Of a stretch of 64,000 bases of DNA, positions 1 through 10,349 are shown piece by piece; position 1 is the first letter of the stretch; each line of letters begins with the position of its first letter. A model generated the notes under the pieces. The model searched no databases. It was not told where the DNA came from and was given only the letters and a program-made list of their open reading frames with translations. Position numbers and translations under genes: made by a program. The stretch is from assembly GCF_028641065.1 (NCBI RefSeq), contig NC_073377.1, positions 57,660,001-57,724,000 of the forward strand, written 5' to 3'. This DNA comes from Leucoraja erinacea. Lineage: Eukaryota.

Positions 1-654
1 TCTAGGCAATAATGATCACAACATTAAAACATTTAATAGGAGTGTGGGGCAAATATAAAGCAACAACCAGTGTAGTATATTGGAAAAAAGTTGATTTTCA
101 GGGATTTAACAGAAAACAAGAGAAAGCAAACTGGGAAAAAAATACAAACAAATAAATTAATAGAATAGCAGCATGAAAAATATAAAAGTGTGATCAATAG
201 AGACCGGGAGAAATATATCCAACTAAAAAGCAACAACAAATCAGTCAGTACCAATCCATGATGAAGTGAGTAATAAAATCAATAATAAAACTGAACACAA
301 CAGCAAAAACATAGGCTTGGAAATTCCTTGGTGCCTGGAAGGATGCATTAAATCAACTGTCCATGACAGAACAACAATTATTTTGAGGGGCCACCATTAT
401 AACATTCTATAACACAGAAGATAGAAGATATCATTCTGTGAAAGCTGATCCCTTTGCCTGATCTGCCATTGCAAATCACAGCGAAATTGCAATGAGAAAA
501 CAGATGATTTGTGGGGCTATTTCATGGAGGGAATGAGAGGAAGATTGGGAGAGGAGCATTCACAGGAGGAGACACAGTTAAAATGCCAGTCTGGAAGATT
601 TAGTAACCCCATCCCCCCCAAGCTGTGACGTATTCAGATCCTGGGAAGTAATGT

Positions 655-775
655 TGGACTGAAGATGCTGGTTTACAAAAAAAGACACAAAGTGTTGGAA
701 TAACTCAGCAGGTCAGGTAGTATCTCTGGAGAAGATGGATAGATGGCATTTTGGGTCAGGACACTTCCTCAGATC
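655..775 (-). mobile_element. Penelope-derived pLTR fragment
   Basis: gatgctggtttac..gacacaaagtgttggaataactcagcaggtcagg matches the terminal repeat of the Penelope copies at 13360 and 57437. Confidence 0.65.
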
Positions 776-982
776 TTGATAGTGTAATGAGATAAAGGTG
801 ACCATACATGCTGGATGAAGGTCCCAGAGGTGTAACAGGGTGAATCCAGATACTGTACAATGCACATGGACAAATGTCCTGGGCAACTTTCCTCCTCATA
901 GTGCTGACATGTTAGCTGTATAGTGGAAATGGATGGAAAATCAAAAACTTCATTTTCTGTTTGCACAGCATGTAAAAATTAT

Positions 983-1120
983 ATGTGTAGGAAGGAACTG
1001 CAGATGCTGTTTTACATCAAAAATAGACACAAAATGCTGGAGTAACTCAACGGGTCAGGCAGCATTTCTGAAGGAAAGGAATAGGTGACGTATCGGGTCG
1101 AGACCTCTTTTCAGACTGAG
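983..1120 (-). mobile_element. Penelope-derived pLTR fragment with degenerate hammerhead core
   Basis: gtaggaaggaactgcagatgctg...gagtaactcaacgggtcaggcagc. The minus strand reads CTGAAAAgaggtctcgacccGATACgtca. Confidence 0.7.
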
Positions 1121-1974
1121 CAAAATGTTATGTTGGATGATTGAAAATAACCAAAATGGACTACTCTTAAGATTACGAAATAAATATTTTAAAAATGTAG
1201 ACAGTAAGGTAAAGTAAACTTGTGAATTTGAATTATAAAGGAATATTAAAATAATAAAATATTGTGTCGACATAAAAATATCAAACAAAAATTCATAGGC
1301 AGGGCTTCAAGCAATAAAGGATATGCACAATAATGACACCAGGAGGACAGAAATACTATGTAGTTAATATGCCTCTGTACATATTATTATAGTGGACATG
1401 ACATTGCAAGAAGTGATCAAAACGTTAGAGAACATTCAATGTAAAAACGGGAAATTAACTGGGAAACTAATCATATGCAGCCAATCAAAAATGTGATTTA
1501 TAAATTACTATCTTCAGGGCAGCTAGAAATGGAAGATCAATGCTGACCTTGCCAGTAATTTCCACAGCCTACTTTTACAGTGCATTATGTTTTTTAAACG
1601 CCACAGGAGAGATAGCACATTAGATATTTATAAAAATATTATTAGTAAAAGCAATAGTGTCAGAAGACTGACAGACAGCTAATGTGAGTCAGATATATAA
1701 AAAAGGAAGATAGAACAATTCCAGGATCTCAAACCTATCAGCGTAATGTCAATGATAGAAATGAAAATGGAATTCTTACTCAAAGATGGAATCAAAAAAC
1801 ATATAGAAGCTGAAAGCATAATGAAGAACAGTCAGTCAGCAGAGATGCAAAATGAAAGGGCAAACTTGACCAAACATAACAATTAGATAAGAGTAATGCA
1901 GTTAGCACAGTAGCGATTGCTGTCCAAAGAGCTATTGCTTAAGATACCACATGGTAAATGCATGAAAAAGGAAG

Positions 1975-2165
1975 AACATTTGCTGTTCATCTAAATGCAT
2001 GTGCATCTTATCCCTCAGAATACTCTTTAATAACTTTCCGACCACAGATGTAGGACTCAATGTCTTATAGTTTTCAGGCTTTTCCCCGCAGCCCCTCTTA
2101 AATAGTGGCACAATGTTTGCCATCCTCCAGTCTTCCAGGCACTCACACATATTTAATAATGACTC
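1975..2165 (-). mobile_element. CR1 RT fragment
   Basis: ORF 1932-2150 gives EDWRMANIVPLFKRG..NYKTLSPTSVVGKLL. Confidence 0.8.
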
Positions 2166-2184
2166 ATAATTGGAGTCATTGTCA

Positions 2185-3325
2185 TAGAGTCATAGTTATA
2201 GAGTAATACAGTGTGGAAACAGGCCCTTCAGCCCAACTCGCCCACACCGGCCAACAATGTCCCATCTACAATACAATACAATACAATGCCATTTATTTGT
2301 CATTTGAACCTCACATGAGGTTCAAACGAAATTTGGTTTCTGCAACCATATAAATAAAAGAACCAAGACACACCAACACAGTTTGCACAAACATCCATCA
2401 CAGTGAATCTCCTCCTCACTGTGATGGAAGGCAAAGTCTTGTCTCTTCCCTGCTCTCCATTCTTCTCCCGATGCCAAAGTCAAAGCCCCCGGCGGGCGCT
2501 AGCAAGTTCGCGGCCATTTAAAGCCATGCCGGGCGATGTAAGGCCCTGCTCCGGGTCTTGATGTTGGAGCCCCCAGCGGGCGCTAGCAAGTCCTGGCGAT
2601 GTAAGGCCCCGCTCCAGGTCACTCTCAACCCCGCAATTCGAGCGGGAGAAGTCGCCATTGCCAGTGTCCCGCAAAGCGGTCTCCCAGCAGGGACCCGCGG
2701 GCTCCCGGTGTCACCATCCACCGGAGTCGGGTTGCAGCCGCGCGCCACCGCAGCTCTCCATGCTCCGAAACCGGCCAGCTCCACGATGGTAAGTCCACAG
2801 CTCCGCAGGCTCCGTGACTTGAGCCTCCAGGTCGTTCTGGTTGGAGGCCGCTCCACGGTGCTAAGCCCCAACGACAACGGAGACCCGACAGGGAAAAGGT
2901 CAGGTCCCCATGCAGGGAAGATATTTAAAAGTTTCCCCCACCCCCCACACATACACATTTAAAAGCCCACTCCAAATTATACCCTCAACGGGACAAAAAA
3001 CCCCAAAAAAACACAGACAGACTGCGGAGGCCGCTGCGACATCAGTCGCGCCAACACTAGTCCCACTTGCCTACGCTTGGTCCATAACCCTCCAAACCTG
3101 TCCTATCCAGGTACCTGTCCAACTGTTTCTTAAACGATGGGATAGTCCCACCCTCAACTATCTCCTCTGGCAGCTTGTTCCATACACACACCATCCTCTG
3201 TGTGAAAAAGTTACCTTTCGGATTCCTATTAAACCTTTTCCCCTTCACCTTGATCCTATGTCCTCTGGTCATCGATTTCCCTTCTCTGCATAAAAGAGTC
3301 TGTGCATCTACCCAATCTATTCCAC
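2185..3325 (-). mobile_element. CR1 3' end, split by the insertion at 2270-3053
   Basis: TRGHRIKVKGKRFNRN..FFTQRMVCVWNKLPEE..LDRYLD, plus a CR1-type 3'UTR and catagagt tail repeats at about 2183-2205. Confidence 0.8.
2270..3053 (-). mobile_element. CpG-rich non-coding retroposon with Rex1-like 3' tail
   Basis: (ATACA)n tail and atttatttgtcatt at the left end. Perfect 12-bp stem CCATCACAGTGA/TCACTGTGATGG at 2395-2427. GC-rich body; related copy at 52279-53127. Confidence 0.6.
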
Positions 3326-3451
3326 TTACATTTGCAGGCACCTGTACCGAGAACAAAGAGGGACCCAGTGTGGGGAGATCCACCAGGAGAACAAAGGGGG
3401 GATCCAGCATCCAAGGGGGGGGGGGGGGGGGGGTGCGGGGGTTACAGTTTT

Positions 3452-4925
3452 CAGGCACCTGTACCTTCTTCCCAAAGGCAGGAATGAAATTAATGTGATG
3501 CCAGGATGGTATGGATCTCTGATGATGCTGGCTGCCTTTTTTGAGGCAGCGACTCCTAGACATCCCTTCGATGATGGGGAGGTCCGTACCCATGATGGAC
3601 TGGGGAACCAAACCTAGCCATGATACAAACAGTCAATATGCTCTCCATAGTGCATCAGTAGAAGTTCAAGAGAGTATTTGTTGACATACCGAATCTCCTC
3701 CGTCTTCTAAGGAAGTAGAGGCTTTGATGGACTTTCTTTACGATTGCATCTTTAGGACAGATGTTCAGAGATACGCACACCCAGGGATTTGAACTTCTTG
3801 ACTCTCTCTACCACCGTCCCATTGATGAAGCCAGGTTTGTGGGTGCTCAGCTTTCCTCTACCAAAGTCAACAATCAGTCCCTTGTTTTTACTGACATTGA
3901 GAGCAAGGTGTTGGCCAGAGGAACATTGGTATTCTCCCTCCTATACTGTGACTCATCAATATCTGTAATGTGTCCAACAATAGTGGCGTCATTAGCATAC
4001 TTGAAGATGTAGTTGGAACTGTGTTGGGCCACACAGTCATGGGTACAGAGTGAATTGAGCAGGGGGCTAAGTACGCAGCCTTCGGATGCTCGTGCAATGA
4101 ATGTTATCGAGGAGGAAGTATTGTTGCCAATTCATACAAATGTTGAGTAAGTCGAGCATCCATTTGCAAAGGGATGCTCAGAGACCCAATTCTATAAGCT
4201 TGGTAAACAATTTGGAGGTGATGATGGTGTTGAACGCTGGGCTGTAATCCATGAACAACAGGCAGACACATGCATTTTCATTGTCTAAGTGTTCCAGTAC
4301 AGAGTGGAGAGCCAGCAAGATTGTATCTTCTGCTGATCTGTTGTGGTGGTCAGCAAATTGCAGCTGTTCCAGATTTTTGAGGTAGGAGTTGATATATGCC
4401 ATAACAAACGTCTCAAAGCACTTCATCACCACAGACGTTAATGCCACTGGTCAGTAGTCATTGAGGCATGTCACCTTCTTGGGCACCGGTATTATTGATA
4501 CCCCGTTAAACCAGGTGAGAACCTTGTTCTTCAGTATGAGAGGTTGAAGATGTCCACAAAAATTCTAACCAGTTGGTCTAGTTTTAAGAACACGGCCAGG
4601 TATATCATCAGGCCAAGATGCTTTCTGATGGTTCACCCTCCTGAAGGGTCTTCTGATATCACCTTCATGGACTGAGATTGTAATACCATCTGGGACTATG
4701 GGGGCCGGGGAAGGCATATCTGTGTTCTCCCTATCAAAGAGTGTATAGAATGCAATGAGGTCATCAGGGAGTGATGTTTCGCTGTCGCTTGAGCTGCTCC
4801 CTGATTTCACCTCGTTGGAAGTGATGGCTTGCAAGCTCTGCCACAGCTGCCGAAAGTCCAGCTCATCCTCCAGTTGTGAGCGAGAGTCACTTTTAAACTT
4901 TTTAATGGCCTTATCGAGGTCGAGA
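3452..4925 (-). mobile_element. Rex1/Babar-type LINE, degenerate RT
   Basis: Minus-strand ORFs give KASWPDDIPGRVLK, ALTSVVMKCFE, LQFADHHNRSAED, LLFMDYSPAFNTI and IEGMSRSRCLKKG, collinear with the intact Rex1 copy at 45963-47311. Confidence 0.85.
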
Positions 4926-5269
4926 AATGCAATATCCAAATTGCAGATTACATCATTGCAGAATGAGAGCTAACGAAGAAGAGGTTAGCAACAAAATAGA
5001 AAGGGACTTCATAATCTTGAAACTAGCATATGTGTTTCAGTGTAGCTTTGCAAGAGATGGAATAAAGAGTCCACCATCCTGCTCTGTATTGCATTCTCCA
5101 TATAGTTCAATGTATTGTGTAAGTTCTGAGCGCCGTGTTGTAGGAAAGATGTTGTCAAGCAGGAAAGGTACAGAGAAGATTTACGAGGATTTTTAGTTTA
5201 GAGATACAGCGGGGAAACAGGCCCTTCGGCCCACCGGGTTCACGCCGATCAGCAATCCCCGCACATTAC

Positions 5270-5680
5270 ATGAACTTACTTAACGCGCGGGTCATCGCCA
5301 ATTTCCCCGTCTCCGCAAGGACGGTCGCCAACTACACGAGCACAGACCCCATTTTGTCGAAGGTACGACATGTTGTCACTCAGGGGTGGCCGAACAGTCC
5401 TAAGCTGGACAAGGAATTCCGCTCATTCCCGAATGCGCAAACGGAAATCTCCTCAAAGGATGGCATTCTGCTCCGCGATTGTCGAGTGATCATTCCGACG
5501 GAACTGCAATAGCAAATTCTGAAACTGTTGCACAAGACACACGTTGGAATTGTGCGAATGAAGGCGCTCGCCCGCATGCATGTGTGATGGTCGAATATCA
5601 AGACCGATATAGCCGACCACTGCAAGGACTGCACATCATGTGCTGAAACAGCCAAGAAAAAGAACACAAAATAAACTGAG
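5270..5680 (+). mobile_element. Gypsy/Ty3 LTR-retrotransposon pol fragment (linker plus integrase HHCC zinc finger), with stops
   Basis: TSTDPILSKVRHVVTQGWP..ISSKDGILLRDCRVIIPTELQ*QILKLLHKTHVGIVRMKALARMHV*WSNIKTDIADHCKDCTSC, i.e. H-x2-H...C-x2-C. Confidence 0.85.
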
Positions 5681-7306
5681 CTAAGATCAACAAAAATCAC
5701 AGACATTGTGTCTCACCCTGCTAGACTTTAAATATTGGTTGCAATTTATTTTCAAATATATTGAACATATGGTGCACAAGAAAACTTAACCTTTCATGAT
5801 CCAATTTCTCAGAAACAATGCATTGTTGAGAGTTTGTTTAATTGATAACTAGCTGTATCGTTGAGATCCAATATGACAGCCTTGGTACCAATTCAGCATT
5901 GCCCGCATGATTTGCCGACTCCACAAATTAGATTAAAAAGAGATTAAACACTGATGAATTTTGTGGTATAAGTGTCTATATAGGATGGAAAGGGAGACGT
6001 ATCTTGCAATACAGATCCCCTTTCACCCGCCCCCCAATGTGAAAATGTCAAAAAATATTGCCCGTGCTTAGCAATATGCCCCATTACCACTAGTCCCACC
6101 TGCCTGCATTTGGCCCACATCCTTCTAACCTTATCCATATACCTGTCCAAATACCTGTTCTTTTGTCTCCTGCTCTGTGATTTGATTGTTGTTTCTGTGC
6201 AAGAGATCATGCAATATGAATTGATGAAGCCCCTTGACATGTCTCCTTTCATTTGTTTGTATATTCCTCACAAGTAAAAGCTAAGCTGCTCCATGGGGTC
6301 CTGGGTTGCCAAGAAGGTTAAACTGGGGCAACAGGAGTTGATCTAAAAAATCCGGGCTCCCTGGTAGTTCAAATGTCTTATGTCACAGCGTTACTTTTGT
6401 CACAAATCAGCTGTGACTGTGGAGGCCAAGTCAATGGATATTTTAAAGCAGAGATAGAGAGATTCTTGATTAATATACGGGTGTCAGTGGTTATGCGGAG
6501 AAGGCAGGAGAATTGGGGCTAGGAGGGAGAGATAGATCAGCGATGATTGAATGGCGGAGTAGACTTGATGGGCCAAATGACCTAATTCTGCTCCTATCAC
6601 ATGACCTTATAAATGTAATTTAACAAAAAAAATCATTTGTGCAAGAACTCAGCAGGTGAGCCGCCAAAATTATTGCCGTGGAATGTGCAAGGTCTGTTTA
6701 TTCCTAGTGCAGCTGCACTGTATAGGACTGTATTGGACATCGTTTGCTCGAAAGGAGTTTGCATTCTGATTTATTTGATTTAAAGCTCATCATTAATGAA
6801 CGTCCTATTCATTCATCCCCTTCTCTTGGCCCATTAGTATTTGCAGAGTTTGTGAAATTTTGTGCACAGATTTCAGATCATGTGTTACAGTTTAAAATGC
6901 ACTGAATGAGGGGCGGGGACAGTTAACCCTCAGGTCTATGTGGATTGGGGGCATTGAATACTAGATCTTTAGATCATTTCCAGCTTCAATTCATTCATTC
7001 CCCGATTTAACATTTGGATGCAAGCAAATAACCTTCTTTGCCGCAAATTAATTAAGGCAGTGAGGCTGTAATTAACATTCCATGGAGGAATTAATGAGGT
7101 CTCTTTAAATTGAATCACAGTGACCTTTAAAATTAATGCTTTCAGCAGGAGTTTCCAGGGGCAATGGAAGCGAACCAATAAATAGAAAGTAAGTGTCCTA
7201 TGGAGGTCGATCAAATTTAGATAGCACAAACTGAGTAAACGTTTAGTTCTAACAAGTGGTTTGTCAGTTTACACTGACTAATATATAATCAGGATACATC
7301 TGCACA

Positions 7307-8097
7307 GGGTGGCACAGAGGTGGAATTTCTGCCTTGCAGCACCAGGGACTGGGGTTCAATCCTGACTACGGATAAGATACGATAGAACCTTATTTATTCC
7401 AGGAGTGAAATTGATCTGCCAACAGTCATAAAAACACAAAATACATGAAACATGAAATTAAAGTAACGAGTGGAAAGGATTTGGGATGTGCAATGATGGA
7501 GGGGGGAAGGGAGTCAGTCTACCCCATGACAGAAGGAGGGGGAGTTGTACAGTTTGATCGCCACAGGGAGAAAGGATCTCCTGTGGCATTTTGTCCTGCA
7601 TCTTGGTGGAACCAGTTTGTTGCTGATGGCATTCCTCAGGTTGACCACTGTGTCATGGAGAGGGTGAGCTGTATTGTCCAGGATGTTCTGCAGATTGAGA
7701 AGTATCCTCCCCTCCAAGACCACCTCCCATTAGTCCAACTACGCCCCCAGGACAGAGCCAGCCTTCTTGATCTTATTGGCGTCTGCAGCCTTCACCCTGC
7801 TACCTCAGCGCATGGCAGAGAAGAAGATTGCACTGGCTACCACCGAATGGTAGAATATCTGGATGCTGTCTGTATGGAGTTTGTATATTCTCCCAGTGAC
7901 CGCAGGGAGATTCGGTTGATCTGGATAATCCGGTTTCCTCCCACATTCCAAAGATGTGCAGGTTTGTAGGTTAATTGGCTTGGGTAAAATTGATCCTAAT
8001 GTGTATGATAGAATTAGAGTACAGGTGATCATTAGTCGACACAGACTAGGTGGGCCGAAGGGCCCGTTTCCACGCTGTATTTCTAATCAAAACTAAT
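7307..8097 (+). mobile_element. tRNA-derived V-SINE (HE1-like), split by a Rex1 fragment at about 7372-7860
   Basis: B-box ggttcaatcc at about 7353. V-domain tgtatggagtttgtatattctccc..ggtttcctcccacattccaaagatg, then CR1-like tail gggccgaagggcc. Confidence 0.85.
7372..7860 (-). mobile_element. Rex1/Babar LINE 3' fragment
   Basis: FYHSVVASAIF, ILDNTAHPLHD..PRCRTKCHRRSFLPVAIKLYN. Short GGAT duplication at the borders. Confidence 0.8.
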
Positions 8098-8218
8098 GTC
8101 AGCCATGTATGGCAATTGCTCTGCTCTTGGCTGCCTGAATCTACAGAGCGTGGTGTACACAGCTTAGTCCATCACAAGCCTGTCACTCACTTCCATCCAC
8201 TCCAATCTTCATGGTGCA

Positions 8219-9254
8219 TTGGGTCTACTCCTCTAATGCAAAATTCCACCACTCACCCATTCCCCCAGTGCAAGCCGTTCCCCTGACGCAATATTGCACC
8301 ACTCATGCATAGCCCCCAACTGTGCAGGCGCGGCTCATTTCTCCTCATCCCCCAGCACTCCCCACAGGGAGGGGGGGCACAGAGGGAGGGGGATCAGTGA
8401 GGGAGGGGGTCAGAGAGGGAAGTGAGTGAGATGGGGTAGAGAGGGAGAGGGAGGGAGGGGAGAGGGAGGGTAGAGGAGGGGGTAGAGAGGGAGAGGGGCA
8501 GAGAGGGATGGGGGTTGAGGGAGAGAGAGGGGGTAGAGTGGGAGGGGATAGAGAGGGAGGGGGTAGAGAGGAAGTAGGGTAGAGAGGGAGGGGTCCTCCT
8601 CATTTCCCTCATCCTCCTCTCCTCACTCCCATTCCCTGCCCCAGGACCTACACGGGTTGTAGAGCAGCACCAGGGCCTGGAACTCGGCCTGGTTCTCGTA
8701 ATCGGCCCGGTCCTGGTTGTAGACTCCAGCCATCAGCTCAGCCGCTGCCTGGGTTATAGTGCAGGCTACCACTTCATCTCCGGGCTCGTCCAGGACCACA
8801 GACCCAGGATCATCCTTGGTTTCAGCGGCGACTTCATTATCGGCGCCGGTCACGGCCCCATTCCAAGTCCCAGGCTCGGCCCTCACTCCAACTCCAGTAC
8901 CACCCTCCTCACTGGACATAGGGCACCGGCAGCAGCTGCCACACGAGTGTGCTGGAATGCTCCTCCCTCCCGGAGTGTCCGTCCTGTCTTGCGAGTCTGT
9001 TGTGACGTCACTCGGGATTTTTCCCGAAATGGGTGAGTTTTCTGGCTTTTAACTTAAAGCAATCAAAACGTCCAAAAACATAGGTAGGAATGTGATGGGA
9101 AGATGTTTATCACCTCGATGGGAAAAATGTGAGTAGGATGTGTGAAAATAGGAAGGCAGTGGCCTAGCGTTTGGAAGAAAATAGGAAAATTAACCAGATT
9201 GACATACACACACACAGCCACAAACAAGACAAAGAGTTTTAGTATTATAAGAGA
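8219..9254 (-). mobile_element. Non-autonomous Helitron-like element carrying a captured gene-like fragment
   Basis: The minus strand begins A|TCTCTTATAATACTAAAACTC (5'-TC at an AT site). 8255-8360 is near-identical to 12680-12790 of a copy that ends in a hairpin plus CTAG. GA-rich low-complexity spacer at 8365-8600. Confidence 0.6.
8646..8919 (-). pseudogene. Captured exon-like fragment; the 3' part resembles the SAC3/GANP domain of SAC3D1
   Basis: ORF ends ..YNQDRADYENQAEFQALVLLYNP and is followed by a GTAGGT donor (8651-8646). Recalled SAC3D1 motif is Y...(Q/E)xxFQ(A/G)LxLLYNLG. Not verified by search. Confidence 0.55.
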
Positions 9255-9766
9255 TGACGGCAGATATAGACCATTCAGCCCATCAAGTTTACTCTGCCAT
9301 TCAATCATGGCTGATCTACTGGATCTTTCCCTTTCAACTCCGGAGAATTCCCGTCTTTTCCCCCTGACACCCATACAAGAATCTGTCAATCTGCACCTTT
9401 AAAATACCCAATGACGGTCTCCACAGCCATCTACTTTTTGCACAGCTTGAATTGTGCGCTACAGTCTTGCACCATTCTGCTGCTTTGCACTCATTTTGAA
9501 TCATAGTCATAGAAGTATTGTCAAGGATACCTGCCACCCTGGCCATTCCGTTTTCTGCCTTCCATCTCCTGGGCGAACTTATCCTGTCCATGTACCTGTC
9601 TAAATGCTTCTTAAATGTTGCATTAGTACCTGCCTCAACTATTTCCTCTGGCAGCTTGGTTCCACACACCCACCACCCTTGTGTAATAAAATGACCCCTC
9701 AGGTTCCTATTAAATCTTTCCAATCTATGTACTATTCTCTGACCTTCATATGAACAAATTTATTTA

Positions 9767-10320
9767 CATAGAAACAGAAAATAGCTGCAGGAGTAGGCCA
9801 TTTGGCCCTTCGAGCCAGCACTGCCATTCAATATGATCTTGGCTGATCATCTCCATATTCCTTAATTCTGTTAGCCCTAAGAGCTTCTTCTTGCGTATGG
9901 CATGTACAGCCTAAAGTTGTAAGACAACTTGTTCTGTTTGATCTTCAGTCTGTGCACGCCAGGTTGATTGCATTTGTCAAAACAGGGTGGACCGCGTGAA
10001 GGTTGCAATCTCCCACCCCCCTAAGAGCTGAATCTAACTGTCTCATGAAAACATGCAGTGAATTGGCCTCCACTGCCTTCTGTGGCAGAGAATTCCACAG
10101 ATTCACAACTCTCTGGGTGAAGAAGTTTTTCCTCATATCAGTCCTAAATGGCCTACATCTTATTCTTAAACTATGTCCCTGGATCTGGACCCCCAACATC
10201 AGGAACATTTCTCCTGCATCGAGTCTGCCAAATCCCTTAAGAATTGTATATGTTTCCATATGTTTTTAAATGTTTCTATAAGGTCCCATCTCATCCTTCA
10301 AAATTCCAGTAAATACATAC
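9767..10320 (-). mobile_element. CR1/HER1 3' end with an internal short insertion
   Basis: catagaaac tail; ETYTILKG..LDAG..FFTQRVVNLWNSLPQKAVEA. Confidence 0.85.
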
Positions 10321-10349
10321 CCTGGTCTACATGACAATAAAGTAATCTA

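Larger units (their letters stand above)
1..1930 (+). mobile_element. Ancient, highly degenerate CR1 LINE ORF2 remnant, interrupted by younger repeats
   Basis: Positions 2-25 translate as LGNNDHNI (APE end motif, LGxSDHN-like), followed by WKKVDF. Around 1663-1710 there is ED*QTANV..IYKKG (CR1 EDWRxANVxPIFKKG). Many stops and indels. Confidence 0.6.

Noticed and set aside
2480-2962. Overlapping 134-146 aa ORFs (also 52415-52969)
   Set aside because: By-product of high GC in a non-coding retroposon; open on both strands with no domain motifs.
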